A stretch of 64,000 nt of DNA from Pseudobdellovibrionaceae bacterium (GCA_019637915.1 JAHBUV010000001.1:898565-962564), one strand, 5' to 3'. Positions 18,843 through 29,755 are shown, counted from the first letter of the stretch. Notes: a model not told the origin generated them from the sequence alone. Numbers and translations are program-made.

Positions 18843-19817
18843 ATGAGCAGAGAACGCATCCTCTTCACCGGTCTCGGCATCGAGACCGGGCAAAGCCAGC
18901 AGGGTCTGCACTTGTCCCCCCAGGCCTTCCGCTCGCAGTGGGGACGCTGGAAAAACAGCGGCCTGCACGTGTGTGACCTCGGCGACTTCATCGCCGCTCA
19001 TCACGGGAGGTCCCCGAAGATCTGCGCCTCCCACGAGTTCGAGCGGTTCCCCCTGCAGATTTACCGCGACGCTTACCGGGCCCTGCAAAACAGCCCGCAA
19101 GGGGAACTGCATCTGCACTGGGGCGGCGACCACAGCGTCGCCATCAGCAGCGTCGGCGCTTTCCTGCACCATCATCCCCGGGGCAAGGTGGTGTGGATCG
19201 ACGCCCACGCCGACATGAATCTGCCGGAGACCTCGCCCACGGGGAATTTCCACGGCATGCCTCTGGCGGTGCTGCTGAATCTGGCCGGCATCGGGGAGTT
19301 TCACTTCCCCTGGCTGAGCCATTTCCTGCGGCCGGAAAACCTGTTGATGCTCGGGGTGCGCGATCTCGACCCCTTCGAAAAGGCCTCGCTCCATCACAAC
19401 GGCATCCGCTCCCTCAGCAGCGAGGACGTGCGGCGCCTCGGCCCGCAACGCCTCGACGCCCTGATCAGGGATTGGGTGGGAAGTTCGCCATTGCACGTGA
19501 GCTTCGACATCGACAGCGTCGATCCAGCCGACGCGCCCGCGACGGGCGTGCCGGTGGACGGCGGTTTGTCGCGGCAAGAGGCCGTCGACATCGCCCAGGC
19601 CCTCGGCGCGGCGCCGGGTTTGTGCTCCGTCGACGTCGTCGAAATCAATCCCCTGCTGGGAACGGCCCAGCAGGTGGAGGAAACTTACGAAACCGCCTGG
19701 CGGTTCCTCTGGCCCCTTCTTCTCGGGGGAAAAAGGAGCGAGGCCCCGTCAGTTCCGGTTGCGCACGGACGCGGGCTTCGTTTGCTTGGCGCTGATCTTC
19801 GCCCCGCGCTTCTCTGA
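18843..19817 (+). CDS. arginase-family (ureohydrolase) enzyme
   Basis: The manganese-ligand motifs are 'GGDHSVA', 'VWIDAHADMN', 'GVRDLDP' and 'SFDIDSVDP'. The substrate (arginine, agmatine or formiminoglutamate) cannot be resolved from sequence alone. Confidence 0.85.
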   Translation: MSRERILFTGLGIETGQSQQGLHLSPQAFRSQWGRWKNSGLHVCDLGDFIAAHHGRSPKICASHEFERFPLQIYRDAYRALQNSPQGELHLHWGGDHSVAISSVGAFLHHHPRGKVVWIDAHADMNLPETSPTGNFHGMPLAVLLNLAGIGEFHFPWLSHFLRPENLLMLGVRDLDPFEKASLHHNGIRSLSSEDVRRLGPQRLDALIRDWVGSSPLHVSFDIDSVDPADAPATGVPVDGGLSRQEAVDIAQALGAAPGLCSVDVVEINPLLGTAQQVEETYETAWRFLWPLLLGGKRSEAPSVPVAHGRGLRLLGADLRPALL

Positions 19818-20570
19818 GATGATCTTCGCCATGCCGGCCTGCACCTTGTTCATCATCGAGCCGGCGACCACGTGGTCCTTGCCCGCCATGAGCGCGTCGA
19901 AACCATCCTTCGCCACTTGCGCCGGTTCGTCCTTCCTGCCCTGACCCGCCTTCGTGTCGAGCATGTTGGCCCGGGCGAAGAAGTTCGTGTCCGTGGCGCC
20001 GGGCTGCAAAGCGGTGACGACGATGCCCTTGTCCTTCACCTCCTCGCGCAAAGCCTCCGAGAAGGATTGCACGAAGGCCTTGGAGGCCGCGTAGACGGCA
20101 TAATAAGGACCCGGCATTTCGGCCGCGATCGACGACGTGAAAAGGATGCGCCCGCTCTCGCGCGCGATGAAATCCGGCAGGATGCGTTTCGTCAGGTGCA
20201 CCAGGGAGACGATGTTCAGGCGGATCAGGCGAAGCTCGTCCTGCAGTTCGGTTTCCGCGAACTCGCCACCGACGCCGACACCGGCATTGAGAACCAGGGA
20301 GTCCAAAGGACGGCCCAAGCTGACGATGTGGGTGTAGAGCTTCTCAACGCCTTCGAAGGTGGCGAGATCCGCCTGCACGGCCTCCACCAACCCCCCGTGG
20401 CGTCGGAAGGCGTGGGCCGCGTCCACGATGCCGCGGTCTTCGGCGTTGACGATCAGGTCGAAACCGTTCTCGGCGAAAACATTCGCCAATTCATAGCCGA
20501 TGCCGCTGGATGCGCCGGTGATCACCGCGAGCGGCCGGGTGTCTTTTTCTTCTCTTGTGTTTTTTGTCAT
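19749..20570 (-). CDS. SDR family oxidoreductase
   Basis: 'AVITGASSGIGYE' (TGxxxGxG) and 'YAASKAF' (YxxxK) are present, with the SD GGAGGAG upstream. Confidence 0.88.
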   Translation of the reverse strand: MTKNTREEKDTRPLAVITGASSGIGYELANVFAENGFDLIVNAEDRGIVDAAHAFRRHGGLVEAVQADLATFEGVEKLYTHIVSLGRPLDSLVLNAGVGVGGEFAETELQDELRLIRLNIVSLVHLTKRILPDFIARESGRILFTSSIAAEMPGPYYAVYAASKAFVQSFSEALREEVKDKGIVVTALQPGATDTNFFARANMLDTKAGQGRKDEPAQVAKDGFDALMAGKDHVVAGSMMNKVQAGMAKIISEKRGAKISAKQTKPASVRNRN

Positions 20571-20823
20571 TGGCTCTCCTCCCGTTTCTCAAAGAAAACG
20601 TGTTTGCAAAGGGGATGCCTTGCCCAAGGAACGCGCAGGAGGACCGCAGGCGCGCCCGAGGCAAAGAACCCCCGCCCGCCCGGGCGAATTGCCTCGGAAG
20701 GCGTTGGGCGGGTCTTCACTTTCCCCTCGTCCGCGGTGCGGGAATTGCATCACTCTTCTCCCCTGAACGAAGGGGACTTCGACGTTCCCCTCCTCACTGT
20801 CATCCGGCAACCAAGGAGAAAAC

Positions 20824-21402
20824 ATGCGCACCGACCTCCCTGAGAATTCATCCCCCGCGACGGCCCGGAAGAGCGCGCCCACCCGCGAGCAACTGCGCGA
20901 CGCCCCCCAGCTGCGCGAGTCCGTGACCGTCCGCTGCACCCCCCTTGAAGCCTATGCCATCTGGCGGGACTTCAAAAAACTACCGAACTTCATGACGGAC
21001 ATCTCGCAGGTCGAGATGATCTCGCCCACCGTTTCGCATTGGACGGTGGATCTTCCCCGCGGGCCCAAAGTGGAATGGGACGCCGAGATCATTCACGAGC
21101 GTCCCGGGGAAATGATTTCCTGGCAAAGCATCGGCGACTCGCAGGTCACGCAGGCGGGCTCCGTGCGTTTCCGGCCGGCCCCGGGCGATCGCGGCACGGT
21201 GGTGAGCCTGGCCCTGAGTTACGCCATCCCGGGCGGCAAACTGGTTGAAGTCGCGACCAAATTGATGGGCGAGGACCCGAAGACCATGGTGATCACCAAC
21301 CTGCGGCGTTTCAAAGCCTACATGGAAACCGGCGAATGCCCGACGGTGGAAGGACAGCCTTCGGGACGTGATGAAAATGACCGCGAATCGGAAACCCACT
21401 GA
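20824..21402 (+). CDS. SRPBCC (polyketide cyclase/dehydrase-like) family protein
   Basis: The SD is AAGGAGAA. '[13 protein letters not shown]...[19 protein letters not shown]....PGEMISWQS' matches the cyclase/dehydrase fold family. Confidence 0.75.
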   Translation: MRTDLPENSSPATARKSAPTREQLRDAPQLRESVTVRCTPLEAYAIWRDFKKLPNFMTDISQVEMISPTVSHWTVDLPRGPKVEWDAEIIHERPGEMISWQSIGDSQVTQAGSVRFRPAPGDRGTVVSLALSYAIPGGKLVEVATKLMGEDPKTMVITNLRRFKAYMETGECPTVEGQPSGRDENDRESETH

Positions 21403-21416
21403 CAAAGGACGACGAA

Positions 21417-22589
21417 ATGAAAGCATTGTGTTGGCAAGGAAAGCACAGCATCAGCATGAAAACCGTCAACGACCCGCGCCTGCTCAATCCCCACGACGCG
21501 GTCATCAAGGTCACGACGGCGGCGATCTGCGGTTCGGACCTGCACCTGTACGACGGCTACATCCCGACGATGAAGAAAGGCGACATCATGGGGCACGAGA
21601 CCATGGGGGAAGTCGTCGAGATCGGGCCCGCCGTGCGCAAAACCAAAGTCGGCGACCGCATCGTCATCCCTTTCGACATCGCCTGCGGCAGCTGCCAGCA
21701 TTGCCATGACGAGGAGTACTCCCTGTGCGACAACACCAATCCCAACGCGGTGATGGCGGACAAACTGTACGGGCACTCGGGCTCGGCCCTGTTCGGCTAC
21801 TCCCACCTCTACGGCGGCTACGCCGGCGGGCAGGCCGAATACATCCGCGTGCCCTTCGTGGACACGAACTCGCTGTTGGTGCCGTCGGGCGTGCCGGACG
21901 AGAAGGTTCTTTTCCTGAGCGACATCTTCCCGACGGGGTACATGGCGGCGGAAAATTGCGGCATCAAGCGCGGCGACACGGTGGCCGTCTGGGGCGCGGG
22001 GCCCGTGGGTCAAATGGCGATCCGCAGCGCCTTCCTGCTCGGGGCGGAGCGCGTGATCGCCATCGATCATTACCCGGGGCGACTGGCCATGGCGGAAAAA
22101 AGCGGCGCTCAGGTCATCAATTACGAAAACAGCGACAGCCTGCTCGATGAATTGAGCTACCTGACCGGAGGCCGCGGGCCCGACGCCTGCATCGACGCGG
22201 TGGGGCTGGAGGCGCACGGCGACACCTTCATGGCCCAGGTCGATCGCGTGAAAGCGGCGGTCGGCATGGCGACGGACCGCCCGAACGTCCTCCGCCAGGC
22301 GATCCAGGCCTGCAAAAAAGGCGGAACCGTCTCAATTCCCGGAGTTTATGGCGGGTTTCTGGACAAGATCCCCTTCGGCGCGGCTTTCGGCAAGGGCTTG
22401 ACGTTCAAGATGGGACAGACCCACACGCAGCGCTACATGAAGCCCCTGCTCGAGAGGATCCTGGCGGAAGAGATCGATCCCGCTTTCGTGATCACGCACC
22501 GGATCCGCCTGGAAGAGGGACCCGACGCTTACAAGATGTTCAACGAGAAAAAAGACGAGTGCATCAAGGTCATCATCCGGATGCACTGA
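21417..22589 (+). CDS. zinc-dependent alcohol/formaldehyde dehydrogenase family protein
   Basis: The catalytic-zinc motif is 'CGSDLHLY...[10 protein letters not shown]', the structural-zinc motif is 'CGSCQHC', and the Rossmann motif is '[10 protein letters not shown]'. Confidence 0.9.
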   Translation: MKALCWQGKHSISMKTVNDPRLLNPHDAVIKVTTAAICGSDLHLYDGYIPTMKKGDIMGHETMGEVVEIGPAVRKTKVGDRIVIPFDIACGSCQHCHDEEYSLCDNTNPNAVMADKLYGHSGSALFGYSHLYGGYAGGQAEYIRVPFVDTNSLLVPSGVPDEKVLFLSDIFPTGYMAAENCGIKRGDTVAVWGAGPVGQMAIRSAFLLGAERVIAIDHYPGRLAMAEKSGAQVINYENSDSLLDELSYLTGGRGPDACIDAVGLEAHGDTFMAQVDRVKAAVGMATDRPNVLRQAIQACKKGGTVSIPGVYGGFLDKIPFGAAFGKGLTFKMGQTHTQRYMKPLLERILAEEIDPAFVITHRIRLEEGPDAYKMFNEKKDECIKVIIRMH

Positions 22590-22633
22590 ACGGCGGCGGG
22601 CCTCCCCGCGGGAAGGCTCGTTTCAAAAAACGC

Positions 22634-23659
22634 TCAGAGGTCGTTCAAAGAGGGCGTGAGCCGCGGAAAGCCCCGCTGGTGCCAGTAGGGATAAAGCACC
22701 CGCGGCTCGCTCGCCTGGTCGAGGCGCGCGATCTCTTCCGGGGTGAGCTCCCAACCGAGGGCCCCCAGATTCTGGCGGAGCTGCTCTTCGTTGCGCGCGC
22801 CCACGACGACGTTCGTCACCGTCGGCCGGCGCAGCACCCAGTTCAAGGCCACCTGCGGAACGGTCTTATCGCGCTCCCGGGCGATCAGTTCCAAGGCATC
22901 AACGACGCGGTGAAGCTGTTCATCCTCGTAACTGACGAAGGTGATCTGCCCCAGGCGGCTCTCTTTCGGCGCGGGGCGGTCGCGGCGGATCTTGCCGCTC
23001 AAAGCGCCGCCGGCCAGGGGGCTCCACACCATGGTGCCGACGCCCTGATCGGAGGCGAGGGGCATGAGCTCCCATTCGTACTCGCGGCCCACCAGGGAAT
23101 AGTAGGCCTGATGCCCGACGTAACGGCTCCAGCCGTAGCGCTCCGACACCGAGAGCGACTTCATCAGGTGCCAGCCCGAGAAATTCGAGCAGGCGATGTA
23201 ACGGACCTTGCCGCTGCGGACGAGGTCATCGAGGACGCTCAGGGTCTCCTCGACGGGCGTGTGGGAATCGAAGCCGTGCATGTGATAGAGGTCGATGTGG
23301 TCGACCCGCAGGCGGCGCAGGCTGTCCTCGCAGGCCTTGAGGAGGTGGAGGCGGGAGGAGCCTTGATCGTTCGGGCCCTCGCCCGTCGCGAAAGTCGCCT
23401 TGGTCGAGATCAACACCTCGTTGCGGCGGCCTTTCAGCGTTTCGCCGAGGATTTCCTCCGACTGCCCTTTCGAGTAGCCGTTGGCGGTGTCGAAGAAATT
23501 CAGCCCCGCCTCCAGGCAGATATCCACCAGACGGCGCGCCTCTTTCACGTCGGTCTGTCCCCAGGCCTTGAAGAAATCCCCCTGCCCGCCGAAGGTGGCC
23601 GTGCCGAAGCTGAGGACGGGAACCTGCAAACCGGATTTGCCGAAACGACGATACTCCAT
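22634..23659 (-). CDS. aldo/keto reductase
   Basis: MEYRRFGKSGLQVPVLSFGTATFGG...NFFDTANGYS is a typical AKR N-terminus, with the SD AAGGAGAA upstream. Confidence 0.9.
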   Translation of the reverse strand: MEYRRFGKSGLQVPVLSFGTATFGGQGDFFKAWGQTDVKEARRLVDICLEAGLNFFDTANGYSKGQSEEILGETLKGRRNEVLISTKATFATGEGPNDQGSSRLHLLKACEDSLRRLRVDHIDLYHMHGFDSHTPVEETLSVLDDLVRSGKVRYIACSNFSGWHLMKSLSVSERYGWSRYVGHQAYYSLVGREYEWELMPLASDQGVGTMVWSPLAGGALSGKIRRDRPAPKESRLGQITFVSYEDEQLHRVVDALELIARERDKTVPQVALNWVLRRPTVTNVVVGARNEEQLRQNLGALGWELTPEEIARLDQASEPRVLYPYWHQRGFPRLTPSLNDL

Positions 23660-23795
23660 GCGTTTTCTCCTTGCGCGAGGGCCCCACCATAGACCTCTTG
23701 GCGGAGGCCATCAAGAAAGCCGCGGGGATTGATTGCCCGCGCAAAAAGCCATTTCACTTCGCGGCATCGAAACAGGGGATTCCCGCCGGGAGGAC

Positions 23796-25316
23796 CTAGC
23801 GATCGGAGACGTGGAAAATCCGGTCCTGCACCAGGGGCAGCAAAGGCACGCGGTTCATCACCGGGTCGCTGCGAAAAACGAAATTGTCCACCGCGAACAG
23901 GGCGTCCTCGGCGATCACCACGCCCTGGAAGGCGCCGTAGTAACGGCTGTGCACCTTGGGGGCGTTCAGCAGGATGTGATGGAACTCCACCGTCTTGCGG
24001 CGGAAGCCTTCCGCCCATTCGGGGTGCAGGCAGGGGGCGCGCGGCGAGCGGGCCTTGCCCTCCTCCGGGGTCGAAGCGCATTTCGACAGGTCCGGCAGGG
24101 CGACGCCGGGGCGGACCGGGGCCAGAAATTTGTCGTCATAATCATCGATCACGCCGACGATCTCGCCGGCGCGCGCTTCGTTGCCGCTGTAATCGATCGT
24201 CCGGACGACCTGAAAAGGCCCGGCGTCGTTCACCAGCCCGTCGACGGAATCGCGATCCTGGATGATCCGGTTGTTGAAGGCGAGTTCCTGTCCGTCCGTC
24301 CAACCCTGGCGGATGCCGCCCACGGCCTCGAAGCTCGCGTCCTGGGTCATCCGCGTCGACAGGCTGCGCATGCCGATGATGATGGCGCGCGCGCTGGTGA
24401 TCTGCAGGTTCTCGTCGTTGCGGTCGCCGTTGAGGTAAGTGACGCCGCCCTGGATGAAGACCGTGCCGCTCACGTACAAGCGGCAGCCGCCGCGGTCGGT
24501 GTCGAGGACCAGATCCCTCAGCAGCAGGACGCCGTCGACGATGATGTCGCCGCGGCACTTCAGCACGTTCTCGTTCGTCAGGAACAAGCGGCGCGAAACC
24601 TGGCTCTGGCGCACCACGATCCCCTGCAGGACGTCGTTCGGGGTGGCCCGGTAAACCAGGGCGCCCAGTTCGGAAATGACGTTCACCACGCTGGGCTTGC
24701 GGGTCAGGGAGCGGATCTCGTCCTCGGTGGGGGCGTCGATCCAGATTTCCTTGCGGCTTTTGAACAGACCGCGCAGGCCCGGCACGTTGATGTCGTCCGA
24801 GCGGGTGAAGGGAATCATGCGCACGATTTTTTCCGTGACGGGATCGAAGAAGGACGAGGCCAGGAAATCCGTCAGGCTGATCTCGGCGACCGGCGTGTTG
24901 CCCGTGCGCGCGTCGTTGTGGGCGCCGATCAGGCGCGCGTCCGACAGCATCGTGTCGGGGACGTAGATGTCGCCCATGACGCTGGAGTCCTCCCAGGTGG
25001 TGCCGCCGTGCTTGAAGTGCTTGCTGCGAAAGGGGCTGTAGTGCGGTTGCTCCGGATGGTTGGCGACGCGATCCAGTCCCATGAAGAAGGGGCTGCCGAA
25101 ACCGAAGTCGGAGATCAGATCGCCGTGGATCTGGGCGTGGCACATGATGCAACCGGTGTTGCGCACCGCCAGGGCCGGGCGCAGCTCGCCGAACAACGAG
25201 GCGTATTCAGTCCGTTCTTCGACGGGGTCGCGCACCAATTTGACGTTGGAGCAATTCTGGAAAAAGGAAAGCGTGAGCACGACAATGAGCAACGCGAACA
25301 TGTGCACCGAGCGCAT
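23796..25316 (-). CDS. hypothetical lipoprotein with a single CxxCH motif
   Basis: The SD is GGGAGGGGAA. The signal/lipobox is '...LTLSFFQNCS', and 'CIMCH' lies at residues 56-60. I recognised no other family. Confidence 0.6.
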   Translation of the reverse strand: MRSVHMFALLIVVLTLSFFQNCSNVKLVRDPVEERTEYASLFGELRPALAVRNTGCIMCHAQIHGDLISDFGFGSPFFMGLDRVANHPEQPHYSPFRSKHFKHGGTTWEDSSVMGDIYVPDTMLSDARLIGAHNDARTGNTPVAEISLTDFLASSFFDPVTEKIVRMIPFTRSDDINVPGLRGLFKSRKEIWIDAPTEDEIRSLTRKPSVVNVISELGALVYRATPNDVLQGIVVRQSQVSRRLFLTNENVLKCRGDIIVDGVLLLRDLVLDTDRGGCRLYVSGTVFIQGGVTYLNGDRNDENLQITSARAIIIGMRSLSTRMTQDASFEAVGGIRQGWTDGQELAFNNRIIQDRDSVDGLVNDAGPFQVVRTIDYSGNEARAGEIVGVIDDYDDKFLAPVRPGVALPDLSKCASTPEEGKARSPRAPCLHPEWAEGFRRKTVEFHHILLNAPKVHSRYYGAFQGVVIAEDALFAVDNFVFRSDPVMNRVPLLPLVQDRIFHVSDR

Positions 25317-25595
25317 GCATTCCCCTCCCCCTTCAGGGTATCAAGCTTTCTCGAGGGGGATTCCAGAATTCTCCCCCGGGTCCCCTCTTGGGACGTTCCA
25401 TTCCGAAACGCTTTTCCCCCGCTCCCGCGAAGGGCGCCGAAAGCCCCCTCCAACAAATCTTATGAAACACGAGGCGGCTTTTCACTCGGACGACGGCCGT
25501 CCCGGACCCCCGATGGAGGTCCTGAAAATTGAAGAAAGCACGAAAGCGCCGTTTCCCGCAGGCATCTACGCCCGCCGTGCCTTAGTTTTGCAGCT

Positions 25596-27350
25596 ATGAA
25601 CCATCTTCGTGTCTACTGGCGCGCGCTGCGCCTTCTTCGCCATGAGTCCCGTCTCACGATCAGCCTGGTGCTGGCCGGGCTGTTCATCGCCGGCGTGCAG
25701 CTGCTGGAGCCCGTCCTCTTCGGCCGCGTGATCGATGCCCTGACCCGGCAGCAGACCTCTCTCGAGGTCCTCGCGACCTGGGCGGGCCTCGGGCTCTTCA
25801 ACGTGGTGGTCAGCGTTTTCCTGGCCGTCATGGCGGACCGCCTGGCCCATCGCCAGCGCCTCACCATCCTCGATCAGGTGTTCGAGCGCGCCATCTCGCT
25901 GCCTTACAGCTACCACGCCCAGCAGGGCTCCGGCCGCGTCGTGCGCGCCATCCTCACCGGCACGGATCAATTGTTTTTCCTGTGGCTGTCGTTCCTGCGC
26001 GACCACCTGCCGGCCCTGGTCGGCATCATCGTGCTGGTGCCCACGGCGCTCGCCATGGACTGGCGCCTGGCGAGCCTGCTCTTCGGCCTGGCGGTCGTTT
26101 ACCTCTTCGCGAACTTCGCCATCCTGAAGCGCACGCAGGGCCGGCAGCTGCACGTCGAGAACTACCACCAGGACGTCTTCGGCCGCGTCGGCGACGTCAT
26201 CGGCAACGTCAGCGTCGTGCAAAGCTACGCCCGCCTGTCGAAAGAATCGCAGGCCCTGCAGGAACTCATGGGCCGGCTGCTGAGCGCCCAGTACCCGGTG
26301 CTCACCTGGTGGGGACTCCTCGCCGTCATCACGCGCGTGTCCTCCACCATCACCATGGTGGCCATCGTCGGCTACGGCTCTTACCTCACCAGCCGCGGCG
26401 AGATCACGGTCGGCGAGATCGTCGCGTTCACCGGCTTTTCCGGCCTGCTGATCAGCCGCCTCGATCAGATCTCGGCCTTCTTCGTGCGCTCGGTGACGCA
26501 GGCGCCGACGCTGATGAACTTCTTCCATCTCCTCGATCAGGAGGACACCGCGCAGGATTCGCCCCAGGCCAGGCCCTTGGGCGAAGCCCGCGGCCAGGTG
26601 GTCTTCGACCGCGTGACCTACCGCTACCCCAACCGGCCGCAAGGGGTGTTCGATCTCAGCTTCACCGCCGAAGCCGGCCGCACCGTGGCCCTCGTCGGGC
26701 CGTCGGGCTCCGGCAAGACGACGACGCTCGCGCTCCTGCAGCGTCTCTTCGATCCGCAGCAGGGCACGATCCGCGTCGACGGCCAGGACATCCGCGATTT
26801 CACCCTGACCAGCCTGCGCCACTCCATCGCGGCGGTCTTCCAGGACTCCGGCCTCTTCAACCGCTCCATCGCCGAGAACATCCGCGTCGGCCGCCCCGAG
26901 GCCACGGACGAGGAGGTCATCGAGGCCGCCCGCAAGGCCGAGGCCCATGAGTTCATCCTCGCCAAGCCCGGCGGTTACGACTTCATCATCGGCGAGCGCG
27001 GCATGGCCCTGTCGGGCGGCGAACGCCAGCGCATCGCCATCGCCCGGGCGATCCTGAAAAACGCCCCCATCCTGATTTTCGACGAGGCGACGAGCGCCCT
27101 CGACAACCACACGGAGAAGAAAATCCAGTCGGCCCTGAACACCCTGCGCGCCAACAAGACGACCTTCCTGATCGCCCACCGCCTGTCCACCGTCGTCGAC
27201 GCCGATCTGGTTCTGGTGTTCGATCAGGGGCGCATCGTCGAAAGCGGCGGCTTCCAGGAGCTGCGCGCGGCGGGCGGCCTCTTCACGCGTTTGCTCCAGG
27301 CCGGCGAGCTGAACGCCGACGGCCCCCGTCCAACCGAATTGCGCACCTGA
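25596..27350 (+). CDS. ABC exporter, fused permease/ATPase (ABCB-type; NdvA/ChvA-like)
   Basis: A six-TM N-terminal half is followed by Walker A 'GPSGSGKTT', the signature 'LSGGERQR' and Walker B 'ILIFDEATSALD'. Confidence 0.9.
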   Translation: MNHLRVYWRALRLLRHESRLTISLVLAGLFIAGVQLLEPVLFGRVIDALTRQQTSLEVLATWAGLGLFNVVVSVFLAVMADRLAHRQRLTILDQVFERAISLPYSYHAQQGSGRVVRAILTGTDQLFFLWLSFLRDHLPALVGIIVLVPTALAMDWRLASLLFGLAVVYLFANFAILKRTQGRQLHVENYHQDVFGRVGDVIGNVSVVQSYARLSKESQALQELMGRLLSAQYPVLTWWGLLAVITRVSSTITMVAIVGYGSYLTSRGEITVGEIVAFTGFSGLLISRLDQISAFFVRSVTQAPTLMNFFHLLDQEDTAQDSPQARPLGEARGQVVFDRVTYRYPNRPQGVFDLSFTAEAGRTVALVGPSGSGKTTTLALLQRLFDPQQGTIRVDGQDIRDFTLTSLRHSIAAVFQDSGLFNRSIAENIRVGRPEATDEEVIEAARKAEAHEFILAKPGGYDFIIGERGMALSGGERQRIAIARAILKNAPILIFDEATSALDNHTEKKIQSALNTLRANKTTFLIAHRLSTVVDADLVLVFDQGRIVESGGFQELRAAGGLFTRLLQAGELNADGPRPTELRT

Positions 27351-27354
27351 GACC

Positions 27355-29262
27355 ATGAGCGACGATCAACCCGGAAAAAACCCCACGCCCGCTCCCACCG
27401 TCGCGCGCCCGCCGGTCGAGACCCTGACCTTCCGCACAGAGCCGGTCTCCCATTACTCCACGGTGCTGAGCGAGCTCGCCGAACTCGGCCGCGACCTGCT
27501 GCGCTCCGAACAGAAAAACCGCGTCCTCCTGCTGGCCGCCTCCCTCGGCGGCGTTCTCATCGTCAACATGATCTTCCAGGTCCGCCTCAACGACTGGCTG
27601 GGCGCCTTCTACCGCGCCATCGAGAAAAAAAACCTGCACCTGATCGGGATGGAACTTTTGATTTTCCTGAAACTGGTCGCCATCCTGCTCAGCGTGGTGG
27701 TGGCCCAGACCTGGCTGCACGAGCGCATGAAAATCAAACTGCGCGAATGGCTGACCACGCGCCTCCTGCGGCACTGGCTGGCGCCGGGCCGCGCCTACCG
27801 GCTCAGCATCAGTTCCGACGAGGCCGTCAATCCCGACCAGCGCATCCAGGAGGACGTGCGCAACCTGGCCGAGATGTCCGCCGACCTCGGCATCGGCCTC
27901 ACTCAATCGACTTTATTGTTGGTCAGCTTCATCGGCGTTTTGTGGGGCATGTCCCAGAACGTGCAGTTCAGTTACGGGCCGCACAACTTCAGCATCCCCG
28001 GCTTCATGGTGTGGGTGGCTTTGCTCTATTCCCTGGCCGGCTCCCTGGTCACCGCTTGGGTGGGGTTGCCGCTGATTCCCCTCAACGAGGAGCGCTACAC
28101 GCAGGAGGCGAATTTCCGTTTCTCCATCGTGCGCGTCAACGAGAGCGTCGAGAGCGTGGCCCTCTATTCCGGCGAGCATGACGAGCACAAAATCATCCGC
28201 GCCGGCATGGACCGCGTGCTGAACATCATGCGCACGGTGTCCTTCGCCCTGGCGCGCCTGACCTGGATCACCTCGGGTTACGGCTGGATCTCCCTGGTGC
28301 TGCCGGTGCTGGTGGCCCTGCCCGGTTACCTGCACGGCCGTTTGGATCTGGGGGGATTGATGGTGGTGGTCGGCGCTTTCAATCAGGTGCAGCAGTCCTT
28401 GCGCTGGTTCGTCGACAATTTCGCGAAGATCGCCGACTGGCGCGCGGCCCTGCACCGGGTGGTGGTCTTTCGCAACGCCGTCATGACCGTGGACGAATTC
28501 GAGGAGGGGGACGAGCGCATCCAGCTCCTTCCCCACCCCGAGGGCCACCTGTCTTTCGAGGGGACCAAGGTCAGCCTCATCGACGGGGACGTGGTGATCG
28601 CCGACGCCACCGCCCACATCCTCCCCGGCGAACGCGTCCTGATCACCGGAGAATCCGGCACCGGCAAAAGCACGCTCTTTCGCGCCGTCAGCGGCCTGTG
28701 GCCCTGGGGTTCCGGCATCATCCGCCTGCCGCCCCGGGAGGAAACCATGTTTTTGCCGCAAAAGCCTTACATGCCTCTCGGCACTCTCGCCGAGGCTTTG
28801 CGCTACCCGAAGAAAGCCCTCCTGAAAGGCGAGGAGGAAGCCATGGCCGAAGCCCTGCGCCGGGTGAACCTTCCCGAGTTCGCGAGCATGCTCAACCAGA
28901 AAGAGCGCTGGGACAAACTCATGAGCCTGGGCCAGCAACAGCGCCTGGCCTTCGCGCGCCTGCTGCTGCACCGGCCGAAATGGGTCTTTCTCGACGAGGC
29001 CACGAGCGCCCTCGACGACAAGAACCAGGCCCTCGTCATGTCCTTGTTTCAAGAGGAGCTGAAGGGCACGAGCGTTCTCAGCATCGCCCACCGCGCGGGT
29101 CTGATGGAGTTCCATCACCGGGCGTTGCACCTCACCCAGACCTCGTCGGGGACCATTCTGCGCCGCCGGCGCAGCAAACCGGTTTCCTCGAACATCTGGA
29201 GGAAATTCCTCAAGAAATGGCATTTTTTCCGGGCCGCGAAAACGGCCGCCAAATCCACTTGA
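27355..29262 (+). CDS. ABC transporter, fused permease/ATPase of the SbmA/BacA-YddA (ABCD-like) type
   Basis: It starts 4 nt after the previous stop. Walker A is 'GESGTGKST', the signature is 'LSLGQQQRLAFAR' and Walker B is 'VFLDEATSALD'. The TM-domain pattern is YddA-like. Confidence 0.85.
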   Translation: MSDDQPGKNPTPAPTVARPPVETLTFRTEPVSHYSTVLSELAELGRDLLRSEQKNRVLLLAASLGGVLIVNMIFQVRLNDWLGAFYRAIEKKNLHLIGMELLIFLKLVAILLSVVVAQTWLHERMKIKLREWLTTRLLRHWLAPGRAYRLSISSDEAVNPDQRIQEDVRNLAEMSADLGIGLTQSTLLLVSFIGVLWGMSQNVQFSYGPHNFSIPGFMVWVALLYSLAGSLVTAWVGLPLIPLNEERYTQEANFRFSIVRVNESVESVALYSGEHDEHKIIRAGMDRVLNIMRTVSFALARLTWITSGYGWISLVLPVLVALPGYLHGRLDLGGLMVVVGAFNQVQQSLRWFVDNFAKIADWRAALHRVVVFRNAVMTVDEFEEGDERIQLLPHPEGHLSFEGTKVSLIDGDVVIADATAHILPGERVLITGESGTGKSTLFRAVSGLWPWGSGIIRLPPREETMFLPQKPYMPLGTLAEALRYPKKALLKGEEEAMAEALRRVNLPEFASMLNQKERWDKLMSLGQQQRLAFARLLLHRPKWVFLDEATSALDDKNQALVMSLFQEELKGTSVLSIAHRAGLMEFHHRALHLTQTSSGTILRRRRSKPVSSNIWRKFLKKWHFFRAAKTAAKST

Positions 29263-29392
29263 AAGGCCCCGCTCCGGAAAAAACGGCTTCAGGAAACACC
29301 CGCGAACACTCTGTTCCCGCACCCCCTTGTGGCCGCCCGGATTTCGGATTATCCCTTTTTCCGTTCCAAACAATTTTGAAGGAGAAACGGAA

Positions 29393-29755
29393 ATGAAAAA
29401 AATGATGCTGACCCTGATCGCCGCCGCCACCTTGCTGGGCGTTTCGGCTCACGCCAAGGACGCCACTGTCGACAAAACGCTTTGCTACATCAAAGCCGAC
29501 CGCGAGTTCACCGGTGAAGTGGTGCTCGGTCGCGATTTCTTCCGCAAGGCCGTGGCCTACTCGAACCGCCATGACACCTGCGTGATCGCCAAAATCTTCA
29601 ACGAGCGCAGCACCTCCCGTATTTATTTCGATGGCCGCCGTTACGGCGACCGCACTTCCGGCATGACCGCCGAGGAAGTCAGACAAGAGCTTTTTGACCT
29701 GGGTCTGCGTCCTTCCGCATGCACGGTCTTTTCCTGCGTTGAATCCCAGCACTGA
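29393..29755 (+). CDS. small secreted hypothetical protein
   Basis: The SD is GAAGGAGA. The signal peptide is MKKMMLTLIAAATLLGVSAHA. It has four Cys and no recognised family. Confidence 0.5.
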   Translation: MKKMMLTLIAAATLLGVSAHAKDATVDKTLCYIKADREFTGEVVLGRDFFRKAVAYSNRHDTCVIAKIFNERSTSRIYFDGRRYGDRTSGMTAEEVRQELFDLGLRPSACTVFSCVESQH

